In this document: piece by piece, positions 38,130 to 48,011 of the stretch | Numbering within the stretch: position 1 is the stretch's first letter | Layout: each line of letters opens with the position of its first letter | Assembly (NCBI GenBank): GCA_963752285.1 | Contig: CAVVXN010000005.1 | Location: forward strand, 352,001 to 416,000 | Length of the DNA: 64,000 nucleotides | Reading direction: 5' to 3' | Origin: an uncultured Planctomycetota bacterium | GTDB taxonomy: Bacteria; Planctomycetota; PLA2; JAEUHO01 | Translations under genes and position numbers: made by a program | The notes under the pieces: model-generated | Database searches by the model: none | The model's input: only the letters and a program-made list of their open reading frames with translations | What the model was told of the DNA's origin: nothing

Positions 38130-38897
38130 ATGGAGCCCCCGCGCTACTCGCCGAACGAGCTCCTGATCACCGTCGCGGCGCGGCTGATGGAGCCCGACAC
38201 GACCGCGTTCATCGGGACGGGCATCCCCATGCTGGCCGCGTCCCTCGCCCAGAAGACGCACGCGAAGACGCTGATGCCGATCTTCGAGTTCGGCGGCATG
38301 GGCGCGCAGCTCGATCGCCTGCCCCTCGCGGTGGGGGACATGTGGACCTCCAACCGAGGCCTCATGGCGGCGGGCATCTGCGACGCGATGGAGTTCGCGC
38401 AGCTCGGCTTCGTGGACTACGGGTTCCTCGGCGGCGCCCAGATCGACCCGTACGGCAACCTCAACTCGACCGTGATCGGCGACCATGCGCACCCGAGGGT
38501 CCGGCTGCCCGGCTCGGGCGGGGCGAACGACGTCGGCTCCTGCTGCTGGCGCACGATCATCCTGATGCAGCACGACCGTCGCCGCTTCCTCGAGACGATC
38601 GACTTCCTCACGACCCCGGGGTACCTCACGGGACCCGGCGCGCGCGAGGCGGCGGGCCTCCCCGCGGGCACGGGGCCGTACCGCGTCGTGACGAACCTCG
38701 CCACGCTCGACTTCCATCCCGAGACGCTCCGCATGCGTCTCGTCGCGTTGAACCCGGGCGTCACGGAGGAGGCGGTCGCGGCCGCCACGGGATTCGAGCT
38801 CCTCGCAGCCGACGAGATCGAGCGTACGCCGCCGCCGACCGACGAGGAGCTCCGGATCCTCCGCGAGGAGGTGGACCGGGAGCGCTTCTACGTCTGA
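38130..38897 (+). CDS. CoA-transferase subunit B (GctB-like)
   Basis: FIGTGIP, IFEFG (putative catalytic Glu), GFLGGAQIDPYGNLN, RLPGSGGAND. Confidence 0.9.
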   Translation: MEPPRYSPNELLITVAARLMEPDTTAFIGTGIPMLAASLAQKTHAKTLMPIFEFGGMGAQLDRLPLAVGDMWTSNRGLMAAGICDAMEFAQLGFVDYGFLGGAQIDPYGNLNSTVIGDHAHPRVRLPGSGGANDVGSCCWRTIILMQHDRRRFLETIDFLTTPGYLTGPGAREAAGLPAGTGPYRVVTNLATLDFHPETLRMRLVALNPGVTEEAVAAATGFELLAADEIERTPPPTDEELRILREEVDRERFYV

Positions 38898-40039
38898 GCG
38901 CGCGCGGCCTCGAGCAGGCAGGCCGCGGCCTCGTCGACCTCGCGCTCCGTGGTGGGGACGCCGAGCGAGAGGCGGATCGTCGATCGTGCGAGCGCGGGCG
39001 GGACGCCCATCGCCACCAGCACCGTGGAGGCGCGTACGTCGTCGCCGTGGCAGGCGGCGCCCGCGGAGGCCGCGACGCGGTCCTCCACCCGACGGAGGAG
39101 AGCGGACGCGTCCACGCCGACGAAGGCGACGCTCAGCGTGTTCGGGAGGGAGGCTCCCGGGTCGCCGTGTCGTCGGACCTCGAGGTCGCTGGACGACAGC
39201 GCGGCGTAGAGACGCTCGCGCAGGTCCCGGAGGCGCGTCTCGGCCGCGCGCCCGCGTTCGAGCGCCAGGGCGCACGCGCGGCCCAGCCCGACGATCCCGG
39301 GCACGTTTTCGGTTCCCGCGCGCCGACCCGACTCGTGTGCGGCGCCGTAGATCAGCGGCGGGAGGTCGATTCCGGCCCGGACGTAGAGCGCGCCGACGCC
39401 CTTCGGGGCGTAGAGCTTGTGCCCGGCGACGGTCAGGAGGTCCACGTCGAGCGCGCGGACGTCCACCTCCACCTTGCCGACGGACTGCGCGGCGTCGGTG
39501 TGCACCCAGGCGCCGCGCGCGCGCGCCAGTCGGGCGATCTCCGCCACGGGCTGGATCGTCCCGACCTCGTTGTTGGCGTGCATCACGGTCACGAGACGCG
39601 TGTCGTCCTCGATCGACTCCGCGACGCGCGCCGCGTCCACGCGACCCGCTTCGTCCACGCCGACGATGGTCAAACGGGTCCCCTCGCGCGCGAGCGCGCG
39701 GCACGGCGCGAGGACCGCCGGGTGTTCCACCGCGGTCGTGACCACGTGCCCGCCGGGCCGCGCACGCGCGGCGCCGAAGACGGCCTGGTTGTCGGCCTCC
39801 GAGCCCCCGCCCGTGAACACGATCTCCTCGGGGGCCGCGCCCAGGAGCGAGGCCACCTCGGCGCGCGCGCGGTCCACGGCCGCGCGCGCCGCGCGTCCGT
39901 ACCCGTGCGCGCTCGAGGGATTCCCGAAACGGTCCCCGAGGTACGGTCGCATCGCGTCCCGAACGGCGGGATCGATCGGGGTCGTGGCGTTGTGGTCGAG
40001 GTAGATCGGCGCGCGGCCCACCGTCCCCCCCGCGGTCAC
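38888..40039 (-). CDS. Group I cysteine desulfurase (NifS/IscS-like)
   Basis: IYLDHNATTP, GNPSS, NNEVG, HTDAAQ, GHK (PLP Lys), RAGTEN, SAGAACH. Confidence 0.92.
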   Translation of the reverse strand: MTAGGTVGRAPIYLDHNATTPIDPAVRDAMRPYLGDRFGNPSSAHGYGRAARAAVDRARAEVASLLGAAPEEIVFTGGGSEADNQAVFGAARARPGGHVVTTAVEHPAVLAPCRALAREGTRLTIVGVDEAGRVDAARVAESIEDDTRLVTVMHANNEVGTIQPVAEIARLARARGAWVHTDAAQSVGKVEVDVRALDVDLLTVAGHKLYAPKGVGALYVRAGIDLPPLIYGAAHESGRRAGTENVPGIVGLGRACALALERGRAAETRLRDLRERLYAALSSSDLEVRRHGDPGASLPNTLSVAFVGVDASALLRRVEDRVAASAGAACHGDDVRASTVLVAMGVPPALARSTIRLSLGVPTTEREVDEAAACLLEAARAQT

Positions 40040-42273
40040 GACCTCGCCCCGGCCCGTCGGTCGAGCATGTGTCTCACCTCGACGGCCAGGGCGCTGAGCG
40101 TCAGGGGCTTGGCCAGGAAGGTGTAGTCCTCGCCGCCCTCGGGCCGTACGCCGAACGCCGCCGGATCGGGATGTCCCGACATGAAGACGACGCCGAGCCG
40201 CGGGTCGCGGCCCCGCAGCGCCTCGGCGATCCGCGTACCCGACATCTGCGGCAGGACGAGGTCGGTGAGGAGCAGCGCGATCTCGCCGGTGCGCGCCGCG
40301 TGACAGTCGAGCGCCTCGGCCGGGGTGGCCGCGGTGAAGACGCGGTACCCGAGGCCGGTCAGGACGCTCGCGACGAGGTCGCGCACGTCGGTCTCGTCCT
40401 CGACGACGAGGACGCCCTCGGTCCCGCGGGGGAGCGAGGTGGCGACCGGCTGCTGCTCGCCGCCTTCACGCGCCGACGTGGCGACCGGAAGCGCGATCTC
40501 GAAGGTGGCGCCCGCGCCGGGCCGGGAACGGACGCGCACGCCGCCCCCCGTCTGCTCGACCAGCGCGTACACGGTGGCCAGGCCGAGGCCCGTGCCCCGA
40601 TCGGGTCCCTTCGTCGTGAAGAAGGGCTCGAAGATCCGCTCGACGACGGCCTCGTCCATGCCCTCGCCCGTGTCCTCCACCGACACCACGACGTACGGGC
40701 CGGGCGCGGGTCCCGCGAGCCACGACGCGCGCGCCTCCTCGTCGAGCCGGACGGGCTCGGTCGAGATCCGCAGTCGTCCGCCGTCGGGCATCGCGTCCCG
40801 GGCGTTCACGACGAGGTTCATCACGATCTGCTCGAGGTGGATGGGGTCCACCAGGACGGGCGGACACGGATCGTCTACGCGCGTCTCGATGCGGACGCTG
40901 CCTCCGACGAGGGTCGTGAACAGCTGCTCGAGCTCCTGCAGGGACGCGCAGACGTCCACCGGCTGGCGACCCGCGGGCTGCTGGCGCGCGAAGAGGAGGA
41001 GCCGGCGCGTGAGACCCGCCGCGCGGTCGGCCGCGGACGCCATCTGCAGCAGCTGGTGCCGCTCCCGCTCCGTCGCGCTCTCCTTGCCGAGGAGGAGGTC
41101 CAGGTAGCCGCGGATCACGGTCAGGAGGTTCGAGAAGTCGTGCGCGACGCCCCCGGCGAGGCGTGCGATCGCCTCCATCTTCTGGGCCTGCTGGAGCTGC
41201 GCGCTGAGCTGGCGCTCGCGGGTCACGTCCCGGCCGACGGCCGAGAGGAACCGCGCCTCTCCGGACTCGTCGCGGTGGACGATCACGGTCGTGCGGACCT
41301 GCCTCGGCGCGCCCCCGGTCGCGCGAACCGTGAGGTCGCCGGTCCACGTTCCGGCGCGCATCGCCTGGGGGAGCGCCTCCGACTGGATCCGTCGCGCGTC
41401 CGCGTCGTCGAAGAAGGTCCTGAGCGAGCGGCCCTCGGCCTCGGCCGTGGGCTCCAGGCCCAGGATCGCGCGCCCGGCCGGGTTCACGTACTCGAGGCGG
41501 CCGTCGGTGCGGGCCATGACCACGAGGTTCGGCGAGGCTTCGAGGATCTCCTTCAGCCGCTGGCGCCGTTGCTCCGAGCGCTTCTGCTCGGTGACGTCCT
41601 CCTTCACCGCGAGGTAGTGGGTGATCGTCCCCTCCTCGTCGCGGATCGCGCTGATCGTGGCCGTCTCCCAGTAGAGCGAGCCGTCCTTCCTCCGGTTGTG
41701 GAACTCGCCCCGCCAGGTCTCGCCGCGCGTGATCGTGGTCCACATCCGCTGGTAGGTCCCGGGCTCCTCCTCGCCGGACTTGAGCAGGCGCGGGTTCTGA
41801 CCCAGCACCTCTTCGGGCTCGTAGCCCGCGGTCTCGGTGAATCGCGGATTGACGTACACGATGTTCCCGTCGGAGTCGGTCATGACGACTGTGCTGCCGC
41901 TCTGTTCCACCGCGCGTTCGAGCCGACGCGACTCCTCCTCCGCGCTCCGGAGGAGGCGGTCCCGCCGGCGGAGCAAGCCGTACAGGAGGGCGCCGGTCAC
42001 GAGGACGAACGCGAGACCCTTCAGGACCTCGTCCCGGACCCAGCCATCGATGTCGGGGCCCACGGACCGGAGGAAGAGATCGCTCCCGAGGATCCACGCG
42101 CCCGCGACCGCGACGTAGACCAGGGACAGGCGTCCCGGGCTGGCCGGACGGGGTCGTTCCACGTTCGAGTCCTCGGCAGGGAGCGCGATCTCGTTCGCGC
42201 CCGGCGGAGGGACCGTCGTTCGACGGGCCCCCCGCAATCGTCCGCCACGTTCCGCCTCCGCGCGCATGCTCAA
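40036..42273 (-). CDS. Hybrid sensor histidine kinase (2 TM, 2 PAS, HisKA/HATPase, receiver)
   Basis: YVNP..GQNPRLLKSG, AGGVAHDFSNLL, NLVVNARDAM, FEPFFTTK, GTGLGL, LLLTDLVLP, FLAKP; start uncertain. Confidence 0.92.
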   Translation of the reverse strand: MSMRAEAERGGRLRGARRTTVPPPGANEIALPAEDSNVERPRPASPGRLSLVYVAVAGAWILGSDLFLRSVGPDIDGWVRDEVLKGLAFVLVTGALLYGLLRRRDRLLRSAEEESRRLERAVEQSGSTVVMTDSDGNIVYVNPRFTETAGYEPEEVLGQNPRLLKSGEEEPGTYQRMWTTITRGETWRGEFHNRRKDGSLYWETATISAIRDEEGTITHYLAVKEDVTEQKRSEQRRQRLKEILEASPNLVVMARTDGRLEYVNPAGRAILGLEPTAEAEGRSLRTFFDDADARRIQSEALPQAMRAGTWTGDLTVRATGGAPRQVRTTVIVHRDESGEARFLSAVGRDVTRERQLSAQLQQAQKMEAIARLAGGVAHDFSNLLTVIRGYLDLLLGKESATERERHQLLQMASAADRAAGLTRRLLLFARQQPAGRQPVDVCASLQELEQLFTTLVGGSVRIETRVDDPCPPVLVDPIHLEQIVMNLVVNARDAMPDGGRLRISTEPVRLDEEARASWLAGPAPGPYVVVSVEDTGEGMDEAVVERIFEPFFTTKGPDRGTGLGLATVYALVEQTGGGVRVRSRPGAGATFEIALPVATSAREGGEQQPVATSLPRGTEGVLVVEDETDVRDLVASVLTGLGYRVFTAATPAEALDCHAARTGEIALLLTDLVLPQMSGTRIAEALRGRDPRLGVVFMSGHPDPAAFGVRPEGGEDYTFLAKPLTLSALAVEVRHMLDRRAGARS

Positions 42274-42339
42274 TCCGTCGCGGCGTCGCGGGTTCCGGGC
42301 CGATGGTCCCAGGGCGTCCCCGCCCAGACCGCGGTCGGG

Positions 42340-43794
42340 TCAGCGTCCGGGCACGCCGGCCCGTCCCGTCGGGGCGTCGCGGTGGACCTCGCGCTCGCCC
42401 GCCGGCTCCCCGACGGCGGCGCGCGCCTGCGCGAGTCGGAGATACAGAGCCCGGCGGTGCGCGAGGAGCGTCGTGCGAAGGTTCGACCCCGTGAGGAGCG
42501 CGGCGCTCCTGAGACGCGCACGGGTCTCGAGGCTCACGTCGCGCCACGCCACGTGGAACGCGAGGAGGGCCGGCAGGCCGACCAGGAACGCGAGGGCCAC
42601 CCAGGACGAGCGGAGCAGGATCCCCGCGATCGTGCCGCCGAGCACGAGGGCCACGAGGACCACGCCGCCGCCGAGCATCCGGCAGAGCGCGCGTACGTCC
42701 TCGGTCCCGCCGAACGCGCGGAGCGCCAGGAGGTCGCCGAGCGCGCGCACCGGCCAGGTCACGATCGCGGCGAGCCAGCCGATCGGGGTGGCGACCAGAA
42801 GGCGCGGCACGTCGAGGAGGAGGGTCCTCGCCGGGCCCGGACGCTCCGAGCGGGCTCCGCCTCGCTCGCGACGGGGGCCGCCGAGGTGCTCCGCCGGAAC
42901 GCCGACCTGCTCGAGCGCGCGCATCCACGCGTCGGCCTCCGCGCGCAGACGGTCGAGGTCGCGCGGGCGTTCCTCGCGCAGACGCGCGAGGACCGAGGCC
43001 AGGCGCCGGTCGCGCGCGTGTCCCTCGGCGAGCGTCGGCGCGGGCCCGAGCCCGCGCTCGCGCTCCCACACCATCCGCATGGCGCGGAGGGTGGCGAGCT
43101 CACCTTGCGACGACGCCTCGGCCAGCAGGTCCTTGAGCTCCGTCTCGATCCGCCTCGTGGTCGCGACGATCGCCGCGCGGCGCGAGGCGTGGCCCGCGGC
43201 GCCGTCCACGACGAACGGCGTACCGAACGCCACGAGGAGCGAGCCCCTCCGTCCCCCGATGCCGGGCTCCGCCACGAGGCCGACCGGGCAGACCGCGACG
43301 GGCGCGCCCGCGTCGATGGCGATGCGGGCCGCGCCGGTCCGGAGCGGCAGGAGCGTCGGCTGGGGATGGCTCGCGCCCTCGGGGAAGAGGGCCAGGCTCG
43401 CGCCCGCCCGGAGGCGCTCCCGGCAGCGGCGGAACGTCTCGACGTTCGCGCGCACACTGCGGCCCTCGTTCTCGTCCGTGTCCTCGGACCGGTAGACGGG
43501 GATGGCCGCGACCCCGTTCAGGAAGGGCCGGAGCGGGAACCACTTCCACAGCGGCGCCTTCGCGAGGAACGAGGTGGGCCGCGGCGCCGCGTGCACGAGC
43601 GCCATCGGGTCCACGAGCGCCGTGTTGTGGTTCGCCACGAGGAGCGCTCCGCCCTGCGGCGGGACGTGCTCCGCGCCGGTCACCTCGAGGCGCCCGAACT
43701 GCGAGCGGAGGAGGAGGCGCACCACGAGACGGACGAAGCGCCACGACCGCGGCGAGGCGCCTCGCGTGCTCGGTTCGTCCTCCTCGTCGGTCAC
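42340..43794 (-). CDS. Glycerol-3-phosphate/lysophospholipid acyltransferase with C-terminal membrane region
   Basis: VANHNTALVDP, FLAKAPLW, LFPEG, LRTGAARI. Confidence 0.88.
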   Translation of the reverse strand: MTDEEDEPSTRGASPRSWRFVRLVVRLLLRSQFGRLEVTGAEHVPPQGGALLVANHNTALVDPMALVHAAPRPTSFLAKAPLWKWFPLRPFLNGVAAIPVYRSEDTDENEGRSVRANVETFRRCRERLRAGASLALFPEGASHPQPTLLPLRTGAARIAIDAGAPVAVCPVGLVAEPGIGGRRGSLLVAFGTPFVVDGAAGHASRRAAIVATTRRIETELKDLLAEASSQGELATLRAMRMVWERERGLGPAPTLAEGHARDRRLASVLARLREERPRDLDRLRAEADAWMRALEQVGVPAEHLGGPRRERGGARSERPGPARTLLLDVPRLLVATPIGWLAAIVTWPVRALGDLLALRAFGGTEDVRALCRMLGGGVVLVALVLGGTIAGILLRSSWVALAFLVGLPALLAFHVAWRDVSLETRARLRSAALLTGSNLRTTLLAHRRALYLRLAQARAAVGEPAGEREVHRDAPTGRAGVPGR

Positions 43795-43918
43795 GCGCCG
43801 GCCTCCCGGCGGCCATGCTACCCCCGGGCCCGATGCGTTCGGGCGACGACGGGCTCCGTCGCCGCTTCGGGCCGGGGGCACCCGCCCCCATAATGCGCCG
43901 TCCCCGAGCGAAGGCCGC

Positions 43919-44866
43919 ATGTCCCTCCGATTCTTCACGCTCCCGCGCCCCAGGACCGAGACGCTCGCGCCCGCCGGCGGCGCCTCGCCGCTCGGGCGGC
44001 TCACGAGCCTCGACGTGGTGGTCGGTGTGTACGTCCTCGCGACCGCCGCCATCGTGCTGCTCGACTTCCAGCAAATCCCGGGCGCGGCCACGATCGCGCT
44101 CCTGCACCTCGCCGGGCTCGTCGTCTACGTGCTCCTTCGCTACGGGTCCACCGACGGCATCGTCCTGCGCGTCCTGTTCGTCATCTCCTTGATCGCGCTC
44201 GTCCTCGGGATCTTCGAGGGCATGGGGGCGATCCTGCCGCACCTCAGGGCCGACGTGGTCGCCGATCGCAAGGCCGACCGCTGGCTCGCGGGCGCCGACG
44301 TCTCGCTGTTCGGCTCGGACCCCACGCGATGGTTCTCCCCCGTCCTCGCGCCGTGGAGCGTCCTGGTCCTGCAGATCTGCTACGCCTCCTACTTCTTCAT
44401 CGCGCCGACGGTCGCGTTCGTCCTGCTCTGGCGCGGTCGATACCGGTCGTTCCTCTCGTGGGCCGCCGTGATCATCGGCTGCTTCTTCACGACCTACGTC
44501 GGCTATTACCTCGTCCCCGCGTACGGGCCGCGCACGTTCAACCACTACACGACGCCCATCCCACATCACGCCGTCTCGCGGGCGATCTACGACGTGATCG
44601 ACAGCCTCGACTACATCCACCTGAACGCCTTCCCCTCGGGGCACACGGCGGTGGCGCTCGTCTGCCTCGCCGCGCTCTTCTACGAGGCGCGCCGGCTGGC
44701 GTGGGTCTTCCTCCCACTCGTCGCCGGGCTGATCGTGGCGACCGTCGCGCTCCGGTACCACTACCTCGTGGACGTGCTCGCCGGCATCCTGGTCGCGGCG
44801 ATCTGGATCCCGTGGGGGGCCCGCGTGGCCTTCGTGTTCGATCACCGCCCCGTCGCGGGGCGCTGA
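43919..44866 (+). CDS. PAP2-family membrane enzyme (Aur1/IPC-synthase-like)
   Basis: Multiple TMs; YLVPAYGP, NAFPSGHT, ATVALRYHYLVDVLAG; CATAAT upstream. Confidence 0.85.
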   Translation: MSLRFFTLPRPRTETLAPAGGASPLGRLTSLDVVVGVYVLATAAIVLLDFQQIPGAATIALLHLAGLVVYVLLRYGSTDGIVLRVLFVISLIALVLGIFEGMGAILPHLRADVVADRKADRWLAGADVSLFGSDPTRWFSPVLAPWSVLVLQICYASYFFIAPTVAFVLLWRGRYRSFLSWAAVIIGCFFTTYVGYYLVPAYGPRTFNHYTTPIPHHAVSRAIYDVIDSLDYIHLNAFPSGHTAVALVCLAALFYEARRLAWVFLPLVAGLIVATVALRYHYLVDVLAGILVAAIWIPWGARVAFVFDHRPVAGR

Positions 44867-44893
44867 GCCTCTCGCCCGGCCCGCCGGTCCCAT

Positions 44894-46954
44894 CTAGGAC
44901 GGCCCGCCGGTCCGAGGGGTCAGGAACCTCGCGAGCCACCCGAGCACCTCCGCGTACCAGCGAAGAGAGCTCTGCGGCCTGAGGATCCAGTGGTTCTCGT
45001 CCTCGAAGTACACGAGGCGTGCGGGGACGCCCTTCGCCTTCAGGACGCCGTAGCAGAGCAGCGCGTGGTCCACCGGCACGCGGAAGTCGCGCTCGCCGTG
45101 CACCACCAGCATCGGCGTGGAGAGGCCGTCCGCGTGCCGAGCGGGGTCCCACCGGTCCATCCGGTCGCGCCCGTCCCACGGCTCGCCGCCCGCGGCGCGT
45201 CGCCACGAGAACGTATGGTCGCTCGCATACTGGAGACCGAGGTCGTACACGCCCGCGTGGTTGACCGCGCAGCGGAACCGGTCGGTCGTGCTCGCGAGCC
45301 ACGCGGTGAGGTAGCCCCCGTACGAGCCGCCGGCGATCGCCATGCGTTCGGGGTCGGCCCACCCGGCGCCAACGAGCAGGTCGGTGGCGGCGAGCACGTC
45401 CCCCGCCGGACGGTCGCCCCATGCGCCCTGGATCCGCGCGCCGAAGTCCTGCCCGAACGACGTGGATCCCTGGAAGTTCACCATCGCGACGAGCCAGCCG
45501 CGGGCCGCGACGACCTGGGCGCACCACCGCCAGTGCCACGTGTCTCCGAAGGTCCCGTGGGGGCCGCCGTGGATCCAGTGCACGAGCGGCCGCGGTGCCC
45601 CGCCCCGTCCCTCGGGGGGCAACAGGAGGAACATCTGCACGGGCACGCCGCCGGCGCCTTCGAACACGGCGCTGTGCACCTCGCCCAGCGCGACGCCTTC
45701 GAGCGCCTCGGCCGTGAAGCTCGTGACGCGCTCGAGCGCCCCGCCCGCGAGCGGGACGCGCGCGACCTCCGGCGGCATCGCGATCGCGTCGTGCACGAAC
45801 CAGACGCGGCCGTCGGCCCCCGGCACGGGCCGGTGCGCCGAGCCGACCTCCGTGAGACGACGCGGCGACCCGGGGTCGTCGGGCGCGCCCGCCGGGAGGA
45901 CGAACACGCGCCGGCGCCCCTCGTCCTCGGCCTCGAAGACGAGGCCGCCCCCCGGAAGCGGGCGCCACGACTCGGGCGAGCGGTCCCACCGCGTGAGGAG
46001 GTCCTGCCGACGTCGGGTCGGCACGTGGAGCGTCGCGAGGCGCACGCGGTCGGCGTAGAAGTCCGGATCCTCGACGTACCCGTAGACCACCGTCTCGCCG
46101 TCGGGGAGCCAGCGGGCGCCGAACGCGCCGACCGGATGCGCGCCGGTCAGGCACTCGGGTCGTCCGGTCCCGACCGCGAGCCGGTACACGTCACGCCGCG
46201 GACGGCCCCCCGGACCGCCGGCGCGCTCGATTCCGGTGAAGACGAGGCTCTTCGCGTCGGGCGCGATGTCGAAGTTGCCCGAGGGCTCCATCCAGTCGAA
46301 GTCGAGCTCGGACGCCGGCAGCAGGTCTCGGACCTCCTTCGAGGCGAGGTCCATCACGAAGAGATGCGGGAGGCGGCCGTCCACCAGCCACGTGTCCCAG
46401 TAGCGGTACAGCCGGTCCTCGGTGACGTGCCACCGCACCGGCCGCTCCACGCGTCGCTGCCGTTCGGCGCGCGTGTCCTCGACGGTCAGGTGGCCCGCGA
46501 AGAGCCAGGCCCCGAACACGAGACCGCTCCCGTCGGGGAGCCATTGGGGATCGAAGGCGCCCAGAGGGAGGTCGGTCAGGACCTCCGCCTCGCCGCCCTC
46601 GAGAGACAGGACCGCGACCTGGCGGGCGGCGCTCCGGTCCGGGCCGCCGGCCAAACGGGTGGTGAACGCGAGGCGTCGCCCGTCGGGGGAGAACGACGGC
46701 TCCGTCGCGTCTCTCTCGGGCGACGTGAGGGGGCGCGCGATCCCGCCCCCCGTGGGCACGAGCCACACGCGCGCGGCGCCGCGGTCGGCCTCGACGTCGT
46801 ACGTCGTGACGACGACGGCAATGTGACGGCCGTCCGGCGCGACGACCGGCGCGCCCACGCGCGGCATCGACCACAGGACCTCCGCGGTCATGGGACGCGT
46901 CCCGCGCCGCCCCGGGTGCACGACCTCCGCGTCGATGCGAGCTCCCTCGTCCAC
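44894..46954 (-). CDS. S9 family peptidase (dipeptidyl/acylaminoacyl peptidase)
   Basis: Beta-propeller (FSPDG, WLPDG); IHGGPHG, GGSYGG, HGERDFRV, DENHW triad. Confidence 0.93.
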   Translation of the reverse strand: MDEGARIDAEVVHPGRRGTRPMTAEVLWSMPRVGAPVVAPDGRHIAVVVTTYDVEADRGAARVWLVPTGGGIARPLTSPERDATEPSFSPDGRRLAFTTRLAGGPDRSAARQVAVLSLEGGEAEVLTDLPLGAFDPQWLPDGSGLVFGAWLFAGHLTVEDTRAERQRRVERPVRWHVTEDRLYRYWDTWLVDGRLPHLFVMDLASKEVRDLLPASELDFDWMEPSGNFDIAPDAKSLVFTGIERAGGPGGRPRRDVYRLAVGTGRPECLTGAHPVGAFGARWLPDGETVVYGYVEDPDFYADRVRLATLHVPTRRRQDLLTRWDRSPESWRPLPGGGLVFEAEDEGRRRVFVLPAGAPDDPGSPRRLTEVGSAHRPVPGADGRVWFVHDAIAMPPEVARVPLAGGALERVTSFTAEALEGVALGEVHSAVFEGAGGVPVQMFLLLPPEGRGGAPRPLVHWIHGGPHGTFGDTWHWRWCAQVVAARGWLVAMVNFQGSTSFGQDFGARIQGAWGDRPAGDVLAATDLLVGAGWADPERMAIAGGSYGGYLTAWLASTTDRFRCAVNHAGVYDLGLQYASDHTFSWRRAAGGEPWDGRDRMDRWDPARHADGLSTPMLVVHGERDFRVPVDHALLCYGVLKAKGVPARLVYFEDENHWILRPQSSLRWYAEVLGWLARFLTPRTGGPS

Positions 46955-46975
46955 CTGCGCCTCCGATCCCGATCG

Positions 46976-47866
46976 TCAGCCCGTCCCGATCGCGTCCGTC
47001 GGCGAGGACGCGCCGGGGAGCTTCTGGTAGTCGAGCTGACTTCCGCGCGCGCTGTGCGGGACTCCGTACACCACGAGCATCAAGAGCGCCGCGCCGATCA
47101 CCACCGCGCGGCGCGCGCGGCCGAGTGGACCGCGCGACCGAACGACGGCGATCGCGGCGATCAACCAGCCGAGCCACATGAAGAGGGTCTTGTTGTCGGT
47201 CAGGTCGTAGCCGTTCGGCCACCCCGTCCAGAGCTGTCCGAACGCGTGCCGTTGCACGAGGGGACCGAGCACCAGCCCGCCGAGGGTGAGCACGCCGAGG
47301 GTCCTCAGGGTCCACCGTCGCGCGACGCCGGCCTCGAACCCCGCCGCGAGCGCGGCGCGGATCCCGAACAGGATGGCGAGGAACATCGCCGCGATGTGGG
47401 GGATCAGGAGCCAGGCCGGGACCGGGTCCCGGTAGCGGAGCACGACCTCGCCCTCCTCCGCCGACGGGAGGAGCACGTCCTCGCCGTCGCCCCGGAGGAC
47501 CACGTGGTACTCGACCTTCCCCGCCGCGGGCTGGCGCGGAATCGCCGCCGCGAGGACGTCGCCGTCCCGCGCCAGCGGGACGGAGGTGAACGGGTCGTCG
47601 GTCGGGTACCGGCGCCAGGCGAGCGTCGCGCCTTCGTCCGCGCCCGTCCCGGCGGCGGAGGGGGGGGCCGGGACCTCGACGCGCGCATCCTCCGTCGTGA
47701 CGGCGCTCCGCGCGAACCGGGCGCGGTAGGTCGCGCCGCGCCACGCGTACGAGGCGCGGAACGGGTGGGACGGGCCGGTCCACCGCTGCCACGCGGCGGC
47801 GCCGAGCGTGAGAAAGGTCGCCAGGCTCCACAGGAGGACGCGTCGCTGGCGGGCGGGGTTGGGCAT
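46976..47866 (-). CDS. Uncharacterised membrane protein
   Basis: QRWTGPSHP, QPAAGKVEY, LIPHIAAMF, WTGWPNGYDLTDNKTL; several TMs. Confidence 0.8.
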   Translation of the reverse strand: MPNPARQRRVLLWSLATFLTLGAAAWQRWTGPSHPFRASYAWRGATYRARFARSAVTTEDARVEVPAPPSAAGTGADEGATLAWRRYPTDDPFTSVPLARDGDVLAAAIPRQPAAGKVEYHVVLRGDGEDVLLPSAEEGEVVLRYRDPVPAWLLIPHIAAMFLAILFGIRAALAAGFEAGVARRWTLRTLGVLTLGGLVLGPLVQRHAFGQLWTGWPNGYDLTDNKTLFMWLGWLIAAIAVVRSRGPLGRARRAVVIGAALLMLVVYGVPHSARGSQLDYQKLPGASSPTDAIGTG

Positions 47867-48011
47867 GGGAGGTGTTCCGGGCTCGATCCCCGAGCCACGG
47901 GGTTCTACCGCGGTCCGCCGCGGGTCGCGAACCGGGGCCGTGTGCCCTCGTCCGGCCTACCCGGGGCCGCGCGCGCTTGCCAGCGGCGCGCGCGGCCCGA
48001 CCCTCTCCCGG

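Noticed and set aside
42155..42190. GTTCGAGTCC resembling a tRNA T-loop
   Set aside because: Flanks do not form a T-stem or acceptor stem, and it lies opposite the kinase 5' region
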